Positions 19,266-28,194 of a stretch of 64,000 nt of DNA are shown here, in pieces (position 1 is the first letter of the stretch; each line of letters begins with the position of its first letter). Made by a program: the position numbers and the translations under genes. The stretch spans positions 192,001 through 256,000 of the forward strand of contig CAWBYW010000007.1 of the NCBI GenBank assembly GCA_963792965.1. Direction: 5' to 3'. This DNA is from an uncultured delta proteobacterium. GTDB lineage: Bacteria > Desulfobacterota > Zymogenia > Zymogenales > Zymogenaceae. The notes under the pieces are model-generated. The model was not told the DNA's origin and ran no database searches. It saw nothing but the letters and a program-made list of their open reading frames with translations.

Positions 19266-20159
19266 CTACTCGTACCCGAAACGTTTAATCGTCTCTTCGG
19301 TCTTGGCCCAGTCTTTCATAACCTTTACCCTGAGATCGAGGAAAACCGGTATATCAAACAGGGCCTCGATATCGAGACGGGCGTTACTTCCGATCCGCTT
19401 GATGAGGCTCCCTCCCCTGCCGATCACGATCCCCTTCTGGGATTCCTTCTCCACAAAAATGGTTGCCGATATCGACAACAGCCCCCTGTCGCCGTCCTCC
19501 TTAAACTCTTCGACCGAGACGGCCGTAGAGTAGGGGATCTCCTGACGGGTCAGGCCGAAGACCTTTTCCCTGATGATCTCGCCGACGATAGACCGCTCGC
19601 TCTGATCCGTCAGGGCGTCTTCCGGAAAATAGGGGTGACCCTCGGGAAGGAGTCCCTTGATTTCGTCGAGGAAATCGATCACTCCCTCTCCCCTCAGCGC
19701 CGAAAGGGGAATGATTGAGCTGAAGCCGTGGAGCCGGCTTGCCTCATCGATGAGCGGGAGAATCAGGGGCTTTCTTGTTATGTCGATCTTATTTATGACG
19801 AGGATTGCCGGCTTCTTGAGGGTCGTGAGTCCTTGTATAATCTCTCGATCCAGCTCATGCAGCGACGTGCGCGCCTCGATCATGACGGCGGTGATATCCG
19901 CTTCATTTTTTGCCGCCAGGGCCGTCTTGATCATGAAGCGATTGAGGCCCTTCCCTTCCGGGCCGTGGTGTATCCCTGGAGTATCAATGAAGACGATCTG
20001 ACACTCTTTGTCGGTATGGATACCCAGGATACGGTTCCGGGTAGTCTGACGCTTCTCGGATACGATCGATACCTTCTGTCCAAGGATGGAGTTAAAGAGG
20101 GTGGATTTACCGACGTTAGTCCTCCCGATTATGGCGACGAATCCCGATTTAAAGGCCAC
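19266..20159 (-). CDS. era: GTPase Era
   Basis: FKSGFVAIIGRTNVGKST, QTTR, DTPG, NKID, EIIREK, KGIVIGRGG KH domain; GTG start after GGGAGG. Confidence 0.96.
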   Translation of the reverse strand: MAFKSGFVAIIGRTNVGKSTLFNSILGQKVSIVSEKRQTTRNRILGIHTDKECQIVFIDTPGIHHGPEGKGLNRFMIKTALAAKNEADITAVMIEARTSLHELDREIIQGLTTLKKPAILVINKIDITRKPLILPLIDEASRLHGFSSIIPLSALRGEGVIDFLDEIKGLLPEGHPYFPEDALTDQSERSIVGEIIREKVFGLTRQEIPYSTAVSVEEFKEDGDRGLLSISATIFVEKESQKGIVIGRGGSLIKRIGSNARLDIEALFDIPVFLDLRVKVMKDWAKTEETIKRFGYE

Positions 20160-21171
20160 CGATTCGAACCTCCCCTCTTTTGAGCGAATCATCCCCGACG
20201 ATGGTGAAGTCCGTGTCGGGGTACCGCTCTTTCAACCGCTCGATGGTGTACCTCCGATTTCCGATAGCTCGGGACACCTCCCGCGGATGCACACGCAGTA
20301 CCACGCGCCCATGCATATTCTGGAGCCGGTCAATCGAGCTAAATAGTGCCTCAATAAGACGCGCCTCGTACACCTTGGCCCCGAGTGCCGGGTGATAAGG
20401 CCCGGCCGTAATCCGGCGCTCGAGTTCCTCGGACGGATGAAGCCCGAGCCGGATGACTGGTATGGACTCCTCTTCGAATATTCCGACGAGCCTCGCGAGC
20501 AGTGCGACGGCCCGGCTCATCTCAAGGGGAGTAAAATCACCTTCTTTATACATATCTTCAAGCTCGGTGCCGCGGATCACGACCGTCGGGTAGATCCTCA
20601 CCCCGTTGGGTGCCAGTTCTGCGACGCGATATGCGGTCTGTATCATCGTCTCTGCCGAATCTCCCGGAAGCCCCGGCATGATCTGGGCTATCCATTGGAA
20701 ATTTTCATCATTGAGGAGACGGGCGGCCCGGATCGTATCGTGAGCCGTGTGGCCACGACGTGCGCGCTGCAGGATCCGTTCATCCATCGACTGGACGCCG
20801 AGCTCGACCGTCTTAACCCCGTTTCGCCTGAGGCGATCCACTATCTGGGGCGATAGAGCGTCCGGGCGCGTGGAGATGCGAAGCGAATCAAGCCGGCCCG
20901 ATCTGATCAACTCGCTCCCGGCTTCCAGTAGCTCATCCTGTCGCCTTTCGGGGAGCGCCGTAAAGCTGCCGCCGAAAAAGGCGAGCTCTCGTTCCCCCTC
21001 CCAACTCGGCCTCGTCGCACTATAGCGGAAAACGGTCTCCTTAATAAGCTCCGGCGTAATAGTCTGATTAGTTACGCCGCTGATCGCATGCTGGTCACAA
21101 TAGATGCACCGGTGGGGACAGCCGGCAAACGGCATAAAAATAGGGATAATGAATCGCTTAAGTCTCTTCAT
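20149..21171 (-). CDS. Radical SAM protein (Elp3-like core, rnc-associated), function unknown
   Basis: IIPIFMPFAGCPHRCIYCDQ, FFGGSFT, ISTRPD, ELGVQS, GPYHPA; ATGA overlap with rnc. Confidence 0.88.
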   Translation of the reverse strand: MKRLKRFIIPIFMPFAGCPHRCIYCDQHAISGVTNQTITPELIKETVFRYSATRPSWEGERELAFFGGSFTALPERRQDELLEAGSELIRSGRLDSLRISTRPDALSPQIVDRLRRNGVKTVELGVQSMDERILQRARRGHTAHDTIRAARLLNDENFQWIAQIMPGLPGDSAETMIQTAYRVAELAPNGVRIYPTVVIRGTELEDMYKEGDFTPLEMSRAVALLARLVGIFEEESIPVIRLGLHPSEELERRITAGPYHPALGAKVYEARLIEALFSSIDRLQNMHGRVVLRVHPREVSRAIGNRRYTIERLKERYPDTDFTIVGDDSLKRGEVRIGGL

Positions 21172-21845
21172 CTCAAGAGCGCCTGCCGTGCCGCCTCCAT
21201 TTCCGCTTCTTTCTTGCTCCTTCCAGTCCCCCTCCCCCATTCCTCGTCTTCAACGTAGACCGCCACAAGGTAGCTCCTGTCGTGGTCAGGCCCGGTAATA
21301 TCGATCACCTCGTATCGGGGAAGGCCTCTCCCGTCTTTCTGCATCCTCTCCTGGAGGAGCGACTTGAAGTTTTTCGGGTCTATCGTTCCGTCGAGATACG
21401 CGATCTCGATAAACTGCCTCCTGATGATCGTCTCACAAGCCTCGTACCCCCCGTCCAGGAGTACTGCCCCCATGAGCGCCTCATACGCACCGGATAAGAT
21501 CGAGGCTTTTGCACTGCCACCCGCCGTTTGCTCTCCCTTGCCGAGTATAAGATGCCGCCCGAGGTCGATAGCCCTCGCTTTGATCGCGAGCGCTTCCTCA
21601 TCCACGAGCCGCGCCCTCATCTGCGTGAGCCATCCCTCGTCCTTTTGAGGGTAGCGCTCGAATAACACATGGGCCACCGCGAGATCGATTACCGCGTCCC
21701 CGAGAAATTCGAGTCGATCATTGCCGTAAATGCCCTGGCTGGCGACGGAAGACGCGTGGGTCAGGGCCTGCGACAGAAACTTCCGGTCCGCAAAGTGATA
21801 CCCGATCTCCTGTTCAATGTCATGGGCGGCGACAGCCATACACAC
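21168..21845 (-). CDS. rnc: Ribonuclease III
   Basis: ALTHAS, NDRLEFLGDAV, YEALMGA, dsRBD KSLLQE...GPDH...GTGRSKKEAEMEAA. Confidence 0.96.
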   Translation of the reverse strand: MCMAVAAHDIEQEIGYHFADRKFLSQALTHASSVASQGIYGNDRLEFLGDAVIDLAVAHVLFERYPQKDEGWLTQMRARLVDEEALAIKARAIDLGRHLILGKGEQTAGGSAKASILSGAYEALMGAVLLDGGYEACETIIRRQFIEIAYLDGTIDPKNFKSLLQERMQKDGRGLPRYEVIDITGPDHDRSYLVAVYVEDEEWGRGTGRSKKEAEMEAARQALLR

Positions 21846-23079
21846 CGTCTCGGAAGGCCCGATCGACGATCACGCCGACGAACCGGTTGATGTCATCGGG
21901 GCTCCCGGGCAAGTAAACCTTAAGATAATTTTCGGATTTTCCGGATACAATCCCGTCCCCACATTCCTCGATGAGGACGGTGACCTCTTTTCCATACCAT
22001 CGGTTGATATATTCTTCTTTCTTTCTTCTTCCAAGCTCACGTGCTATCCGCGCTCGCTCCTTCTTGATATCGCCGGGTACCTCTCTTTCCATCGAAAAGG
22101 CCGGTGTCCCCGGCCTCCTCGAAAAGGGGAAGACGTGAAGATAGGTGACCGGGAGACGCTCGATCAGCTCTACCGTGTGTTCAAATTCTTTTTCACCCTC
22201 ACCTGGAAAGCCCACCATCACATCGACCCCGAGGGCGGGGCCGCCGAGACGCCGGGAGGCTGCGCCGACGACCCGCTCGAATAGCGCTCCGTTATAGGGC
22301 CGTCCCATCGCGGCGAGGATCGTGTCATCCCCGCTCTGAAGTGGTATGTGGAGGTGCGGCGCAATAGCGGGACTATCTACCATGACCGAAACGAGCTCAT
22401 CGGTCAACTCCATCGGCTCTATCGAGGAAAGCCTTATACGCGCAGGAAATAGATCCAATGGAATCGACCTCAAGAGCCGTGCCAGGGAGACGGGCGAATC
22501 AAGGTCATTGCCATATCTGCCGAGGTGAATACCGACAAGGATGATCTCTCTGTATCCCCGTTCGACAAGACCTTCGACCCTTCGACGCACCTCTTCAGGC
22601 GGCACACTGCGCTCCGGACCCCTGGCGGCCGGCACGATACAGTAGGTGCAGCGCGCGTTACATCCCTGTTGAATCTTCAGGAAGGCACGCGTCCTTCCGC
22701 CACCGGGTGACGTATGCTCGGCCTGTATGGGCGCTCCAATCAGAGAAAAAACAATATCGCCGATTGTCTCGTTGAGGTGCGGAGCAATCACTGCGGAGAC
22801 GTTCACTTCTCGTCCGGTTCGGTCCGGAAACACCGTTGCCGCGCAGCCCGTAACCACGATCGGCGTGCCGGGAGATACCTTCGTTACCCTTCTGATGGCC
22901 TGTCGTGACTGATAAGCGGCGCGTCCCGTGACGACGCATGTATTGATGATCGAAACGTCCGCCGGGGCAAGGCCGTGAATAACCCTGTATCCCCGATCGG
23001 TCAGAATCTTCGTAATCTCTTCGCTGTCGGCATAGTTGACCTTACAGCCGAGTGTTATGATCGAAACGGTCGCAGTCAA
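21820..23079 (-). CDS. mtaB: tRNA methylthiotransferase (MtaB-like)
   Basis: TLGCKVN, INTCVVT, VTGCAA, RAFLKIQQGCNARCTYC, LHIPLQSG, VGFPGE. Confidence 0.9.
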   Translation of the reverse strand: MTATVSIITLGCKVNYADSEEITKILTDRGYRVIHGLAPADVSIINTCVVTGRAAYQSRQAIRRVTKVSPGTPIVVTGCAATVFPDRTGREVNVSAVIAPHLNETIGDIVFSLIGAPIQAEHTSPGGGRTRAFLKIQQGCNARCTYCIVPAARGPERSVPPEEVRRRVEGLVERGYREIILVGIHLGRYGNDLDSPVSLARLLRSIPLDLFPARIRLSSIEPMELTDELVSVMVDSPAIAPHLHIPLQSGDDTILAAMGRPYNGALFERVVGAASRRLGGPALGVDVMVGFPGEGEKEFEHTVELIERLPVTYLHVFPFSRRPGTPAFSMEREVPGDIKKERARIARELGRRKKEEYINRWYGKEVTVLIEECGDGIVSGKSENYLKVYLPGSPDDINRFVGVIVDRAFRDGVYGCRRP

Positions 23080-23173
23080 TGGATGGAGCCGATCCCACGG
23101 AAATAGTTCCTCTTAAAGCACAACCCACAATTAATTATATCCTATTTGATCAGGGATAACAACCGTGTTGCGA

Positions 23174-23659
23174 CTATTCGGACTCCATCAGCTTCTTCAG
23201 ATAGACCACCTTATCGTCGCCGTCTCGATAAAAATCAGGAAACACGGATACCACCCTGTATCCGTGTTTCTCATAGAACGACCGTGCCTTCAGGTACGGC
23301 TCCGTCGAAGAGGTGTCGACGTAGACGTGCCGGGCCGCTTTTTCTTTGAGGGCATTCTCCATCGCCGACAGGAGCAGTCTTCCGACGCCCTTTCGAGAGG
23401 TGTTTTGGTCCACACAGATCCAGTAGAGATCAAAACACCGGTCGGTAATGGGAATAGCACCGTAGCAGATATACCCGAGGAGACTTCCGTCGTCGTCTTC
23501 GGCGCAGAAGAGCTCGTAATCACGACGCTCGGGATAGATTTCCGCTTCCTCGATGACCTCGATGGCGAGATCGATCTCCTCTTCGGTAAAGGTTTCGCTT
23601 CTCTCTAATATATCGCGTATCCACGCTTTATCACGCGAGACGTAGGATCTGACGCGCAT
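23174..23659 (-). CDS. GNAT-family N-acetyltransferase
   Basis: FDLYWICVD...RKGVGRLLL, VDTSSTEPY..ARSFYEKHGY, DFYRDGDDK. Confidence 0.88.
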   Translation of the reverse strand: MRVRSYVSRDKAWIRDILERSETFTEEEIDLAIEVIEEAEIYPERRDYELFCAEDDDGSLLGYICYGAIPITDRCFDLYWICVDQNTSRKGVGRLLLSAMENALKEKAARHVYVDTSSTEPYLKARSFYEKHGYRVVSVFPDFYRDGDDKVVYLKKLMESE

Positions 23660-24668
23660 CAGTTTGAGACCTCTGGGCCATAAAGTCCACCAGCTGGCCG
23701 ACCATTTCTTCATAGCGCATCCCCGACGCTACGGCCGCCGCAGGGAATCCTGCGTCGGGAGAAAGACAGGGATTCGCGTTGATCTCCAGCACGTAGATAT
23801 TGCCCTCGTTGTCTATGCGCATATCGACCCGTGCGTAATCTCTGAGCATGAAGGCGTGTGCGCATTCAATAGCCGTCTTTTCAATCCCGGCCAGCATAAA
23901 CCCCGGCAGATTCTTCGGAAACGTGCGAGGGGTGTTGTGATATTCGAAGGATTGTTTGTCCCATTTCGCCCGATAGCCGACGATCCGATACGTTTCCTTC
24001 GGGAAGTCGATGAACTCGATCTCGGCCGGGGGAAGAACCTTCGGCTCCGGATACCCGAAGACGGAGATATTGAACTCCCTCCCCTCGATATACTCCTCTA
24101 TCAGAAGGCTCCCGAAGCGAAAGGAGAAGTCGCCCAGTTTCCTGGTGAGCGACTTCCCGTCTTCAAAAACCGATTCTTGATCGATGCCGATGCTGGCGTC
24201 TTCAAAGCGCGGCTTGACGATGGCCGGGTAGCGAATGCCGTTTCGGTAGTACTTATTCAATCCGTCAAAGACGCGCCAGTTGGGCGTCTTGATGCCGCTG
24301 GTCCTGAGGAGCTGTTTGGTAACCAGTTTATCGGTCGTCATCATCAACGCTGAAGACGGCGATCCCGAAAAGGGGATACCGATGAGCTCCAACAGCGCCG
24401 CCGGGTGCCAGCCGAGCTGGGGGTTCTCGTCGACGGTTTCGCAGAGGTTAAAGACCATCTGGACCCGCTCTCGCTCAATGGTCTGGATAAACTCCTTCAC
24501 ATTTCTCGTGAACGGAATGCGAACGGGAACATGGCCCAGCTCCAGAAGGGATCTCTCGATGGCCTCCACCTGCGTGAGGACATCAAGGGACGCTTCGGAG
24601 AATTCCTCTCCGAGCGGTATGGGAACGTTATGGGCGATTCCGATAATCTTCTTATGCATGTGCGGCAC
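23631..24668 (-). CDS. Ddl-like ATP-grasp ligase (non-canonical), second of pair
   Basis: FNLCE, DKLVTK, IVKPRFEDASIGI, EEYIEGREF, RDYARVDMR, EINANP. Confidence 0.88.
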   Translation of the reverse strand: MPHMHKKIIGIAHNVPIPLGEEFSEASLDVLTQVEAIERSLLELGHVPVRIPFTRNVKEFIQTIERERVQMVFNLCETVDENPQLGWHPAALLELIGIPFSGSPSSALMMTTDKLVTKQLLRTSGIKTPNWRVFDGLNKYYRNGIRYPAIVKPRFEDASIGIDQESVFEDGKSLTRKLGDFSFRFGSLLIEEYIEGREFNISVFGYPEPKVLPPAEIEFIDFPKETYRIVGYRAKWDKQSFEYHNTPRTFPKNLPGFMLAGIEKTAIECAHAFMLRDYARVDMRIDNEGNIYVLEINANPCLSPDAGFPAAAVASGMRYEEMVGQLVDFMAQRSQTDARQILRLA

Positions 24669-25662
24669 CTATTCGATAGTCATCCTGGACGGAGACCCGG
24701 CTCATCGCCGAGGATATAATCATTTCGATCAGCTCTCTGTAACTGATGCCGACCAGTGAGGCGATGATGCAGAGGTCGGAGCGATCGGGGTTGATTCCCG
24801 CCAGCGGATTGACCTCGATGAAATTGGGTACGCCCGATTCGTCGCACCGCAGGTCAAGCCTGCCCGCGTCCCTGCACCCGAGGCCACGCCACGAGGCAAG
24901 CGCAACACGCTCGGCCGCTTTGGCCGTCTCATCGTCGACAAGCCTGTAGTTGACGAGGTCCTCGTATTTTTCTTTATTCAGGTACGAGTAGACATCGGGC
25001 TCGGCCTTGGTTTTCAGCAGGACTTCTATCGTCCCTATGGCGCGCGCCTCGTCACCCGTGCCCACAATCCCGACGGTAAACTCCCTGCCGGGAAGGAATC
25101 GTTCGACCAACGCGGGTTGATGGTAGGTCTCAAGGAGCTTTCTGGTGACGTTGGCCAGCTCAATGGGCGTCCCTACCTTCGAGGTAGAGTCAAGCCCCTT
25201 CCCCGAGCCCTCGGCCACCGGTTTTGCCAGCAGCGGATACGCCAGATCGATTCCCTCTATATCCTTTGTCGTCTCAACCACCTTGAAGTCCGCAGTTGGG
25301 ATCCCAATGTCCCTGATGACATGTTTAGTCATCCCTTTGTGGAGGGTGAGTGACAGGACAAGCGCATCGGAGAACGTGTAGGGGATGTCGTAGGCATCAA
25401 GAAGCGCGGGAACCTGCGCTTCCCGACCGTATCCCCGTATGCCTTCGGCGATGTTGAAGACGAGATCCCATTTGTCTCCGGCCGCGAGCCGTGTCGCCAG
25501 ATTCTTAATATTTCCGATTCGGTCGGTAACGTGCCCCAGCTCCCGCAGCGTCCCATCAATCGCCTCGATGGTTACGGGGCTGTCAAATTCGGCCGTCTCC
25601 TCCTCGCCCATCCCCTGGGAGAGGTAGTATTGTCTCAGATCGTAGGTTATGCCTATTTTCAT
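24652..25662 (-). CDS. Ddl-like ATP-grasp ligase (non-canonical), first of pair
   Basis: MKIGITYDLR, AEFDS, FNIAEG..GYGREAQVP, KPVAEGSGKG, LPGREFTVG, GRLDLR, EVNPLAG. Confidence 0.88.
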   Translation of the reverse strand: MKIGITYDLRQYYLSQGMGEEETAEFDSPVTIEAIDGTLRELGHVTDRIGNIKNLATRLAAGDKWDLVFNIAEGIRGYGREAQVPALLDAYDIPYTFSDALVLSLTLHKGMTKHVIRDIGIPTADFKVVETTKDIEGIDLAYPLLAKPVAEGSGKGLDSTSKVGTPIELANVTRKLLETYHQPALVERFLPGREFTVGIVGTGDEARAIGTIEVLLKTKAEPDVYSYLNKEKYEDLVNYRLVDDETAKAAERVALASWRGLGCRDAGRLDLRCDESGVPNFIEVNPLAGINPDRSDLCIIASLVGISYRELIEMIISSAMSRVSVQDDYRIGAAHA

Positions 25663-25752
25663 GGTATCGTCCTTTCTTATCTCGGTTTTACACCGTTTCG
25701 TTTTTTCTTGCTCGGGTCTGCCGACCAAGCGGCGGCCCACACCTCTATCGTC

Positions 25753-26325
25753 TTACACATCGTAGAGATGAAGGCCGGGCGGAGCCAGACGCCCGCTCGG
25801 GACGAAACGAAGCCTCGATAAAAAAGGGACCAATCTTACGGGTAGCGCTCGATAAGGCGAAAGCCGGCGCAAACACACGACATAACGACTTATCCGAGGC
25901 TCTTCCCCCATGGGGGCAGGAATGTGCACATCGACCAACGATTCCGTTGCCGGCGAGACATTAGCTGTCCTGAAGACAAAGCCTCCGGTGCCAGTAATCT
26001 GCAATGATTGTGCAGGGTTACGGCGATACAGGCCGCATGCCGAGGGAGGACGTTCGTCATCTTCGTCAAAGAGGGAACAAGAATCCCCTCTCTGTCCGAT
26101 CAGATGGGCCGTGCTCTGAGAAAGCCGCGCGATCGGAGAAGATAACGAATAATGTCCTTTCTTTTGATTTCTGAGAAACGGGTGGATTTTGGGAAAAGGA
26201 TTCCGGGCACGCTGAGAATCATGAGAAGCGAGAGATTTTGTTTTTTCGTAGCCGTCTGAGTCTGCATTTCGGCTACAATTGGAGGGAGGTTCGACCTCCT
26301 CAGTGAGCGAAAAGCTTTTTTGCAT
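25753..26325 (-). CDS. Hypothetical 190-aa protein heading the ATP-grasp/GNAT operon
   Basis: ATG preceded by AGGGGG SD and a promoter; two related acidic-PPSxC motifs; no recognisable fold. Confidence 0.5.
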   Translation of the reverse strand: MQKSFSLTEEVEPPSNCSRNADSDGYEKTKSLASHDSQRARNPFPKIHPFLRNQKKGHYSLSSPIARLSQSTAHLIGQRGDSCSLFDEDDERPPSACGLYRRNPAQSLQITGTGGFVFRTANVSPATESLVDVHIPAPMGEEPRISRYVVCLRRLSPYRALPVRLVPFLSRLRFVPSGRLAPPGLHLYDV

Positions 26326-26413
26326 GCTATCCCCCTATGTGTTGCCGTAGGTACATTGGAGAAAATCGTCTATGATCATGGAACGATCGTCCTTATGTAT
26401 CGTAGTTGAGGAA

Positions 26414-26441
26414 AATATAACATACTATTTCAAAAAAGCAA
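26414..26441 (-). promoter_or_regulatory. Sigma70-type promoter with extended -10
   Basis: Minus strand TTGCTT-16 nt-TATATT with TG-n before the -10; phased A-tracts upstream. Confidence 0.6.
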
Positions 26442-26451
26442 GCAAGTAATA

Positions 26452-26481
26452 ACTTTTTTTTTACTTTTTTTTACTTTTTTT
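26452..26481. repeat. Tandem AC(T)n repeat / helically phased T-tracts
   Basis: AC-T9, AC-T8, AC-T7 at 10-11 bp spacing. Confidence 0.85.
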
Positions 26482-26651
26482 GTGGGCCTTTTGGAGCGCC
26501 TTTTCGGGTGTTTCGACGGTACGCCGCGCCATTTTTCGGCCGGAGATACGATCCGGGACCGAATTCCTCCCTCTGATCCAGCGCCGAGACACGTCTCGCG
26601 CCTCGGGAAGCTGAAGAGCATATCCCCATCACGCAAAGGAATCGCCCTCTC

Positions 26652-27059
26652 TTACTCGATCCGTACCTCCATGGCGTGAGGCGGGCACGCCGGCACACAG
26701 AGCTCACAACCGCTGCACATCTCGGAATCGAAGACGACTTCCATCGTATCACGCTTGATCGACAGCGACCCGGTCGGGCAGATGGCCGTACAGGCGCCGC
26801 AGTGGGTGCATTTCTCCTCATCCCGTTTGATATCCTGCTCGATCGGCTTAATCGTCACGCCGGAATCCTTCAGGTATTGGATGCCCGCCCGACAATCGAT
26901 TTGTTCCCCCTCGAGCTCCAGGACCATGAAGCTTTCCCTCTTGGGAAGGACGTTTGCCTTGAGGATATTGGGGATCAGGTTGTAGTCTTTGATGAGCCGG
27001 TAAATGATCGGTTTATCCCAGATCTCCCTCGAAAAATGGAGCACTATCTTTTTCTTCAT
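26652..27059 (-). CDS. NIL domain plus 2x[4Fe-4S] ferredoxin protein
   Basis: KPIIYRLIKDYNLIPNILKA (NIL); CTHCGACTAICP and CSGCELCVPACP. Confidence 0.9.
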   Translation of the reverse strand: MKKKIVLHFSREIWDKPIIYRLIKDYNLIPNILKANVLPKRESFMVLELEGEQIDCRAGIQYLKDSGVTIKPIEQDIKRDEEKCTHCGACTAICPTGSLSIKRDTMEVVFDSEMCSGCELCVPACPPHAMEVRIE

Positions 27060-27207
27060 ACGTCAATCCTTTGATGTTATCATTACAAGTTTAATACACT
27101 TTAGGAGTTTCTTCAAGATATTTATTGGAGCAAGCCGCCAATAAATATTTCGCATTCAGACCCAGTTGTGGTATGATTCACAAAATTGTCAAGACACGGG
27201 AGCAAAC

Positions 27208-27663
27208 ATGAAAAAGATCGTCGCTTTTTTTGTCTGCCTGTTAGTTGTGGCTTCATTTCTGATGAGCGATGCGCTCTCCGTCGGCATTACCCAGAAGACC
27301 TTTACCGTCTCCGTGCCAAAAGACTACCGGACTCCGGAACCCTATAAGGCCGAGTTTGTCGTTCCCGATGGGATGATAGCCTTCAACTTCACCGTGTGGG
27401 GGGCCGGAAAGCCCTGGGGGATTACCGACATGTCCGGCGGGAAAAATAGGGAGATCTATTCGTCGAGGAATTCAGGGCTCGCCGGTGACTTGCCGGCTGG
27501 CGACGCTGAGTCTTCAGAGAAAGTAGAAAACCCTTCCGGTGGCGAGACGGGATTTGACTCGTTGTCGAGTATCTCCCTCAATCCGGGAACGTATATCATC
27601 TGGACAGAGGGAGGCCCGGGGAGCTCCATAACGCTACAGTATCTTCTGCAGGCAATACGATAA
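27208..27663 (+). CDS. Hypothetical exported protein
   Basis: GGGAG SD, signal peptide MKKIVAFFVCLLVVASFLMSDA; beta-rich mature part. Confidence 0.7.
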   Translation: MKKIVAFFVCLLVVASFLMSDALSVGITQKTFTVSVPKDYRTPEPYKAEFVVPDGMIAFNFTVWGAGKPWGITDMSGGKNREIYSSRNSGLAGDLPAGDAESSEKVENPSGGETGFDSLSSISLNPGTYIIWTEGGPGSSITLQYLLQAIR

Positions 27664-28194
27664 TCACTGGTATTTCTTCATCGCCTCAATGACGTCAGGA
27701 AGGGTAAACCGGTCTTTACCCTCAAGGAACCGACGCGAGAGCTCATAGTATACCTGGGCGGACTGCGCAATCGCCGCCCGATCCGCCTTTCCCTCCTTGA
27801 TCTGAGCAGGAACACCGAGGACGAGCGATCCCTCGGGAACCCTCATCCCGGGAGGGATGACGCATCCCCCGCCAACGATGCAGTGGCTGCCCACGTGCGC
27901 GCCGTCGAGGATCGTGCTGTTCATCCCGACAATTACGTAGTCTTCAATGCTGCAGGCATGGAGCACGGCGCCATGTCCGACCGTCACGTAATCACCGACG
28001 GTCGTCTTCATCGCGGGAGTGGCGTGAATAACCACGTTGTCCTGGATGCTCGTGTACCGGCCGATACGAATAGCATTGAAATCCCCCCGCATGACGGCGC
28101 CCGGCCAAACGCTTGAGTTCACCCCGATCGTCACGTCCCCGAGGATCACCGACGTTGGGTGTATGAAGATTCGGTTATCCAGATCCGATTTCAC
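27664..28194 (-). CDS. Gamma carbonic anhydrase family (hexapeptide repeat) protein
   Basis: GDVTIG..SSVWPGAVMRGD, IQDNVVIH, TVGHGAVLHAC, GVPA. Confidence 0.92.
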   Translation of the reverse strand: MKSDLDNRIFIHPTSVILGDVTIGVNSSVWPGAVMRGDFNAIRIGRYTSIQDNVVIHATPAMKTTVGDYVTVGHGAVLHACSIEDYVIVGMNSTILDGAHVGSHCIVGGGCVIPPGMRVPEGSLVLGVPAQIKEGKADRAAIAQSAQVYYELSRRFLEGKDRFTLPDVIEAMKKYQ

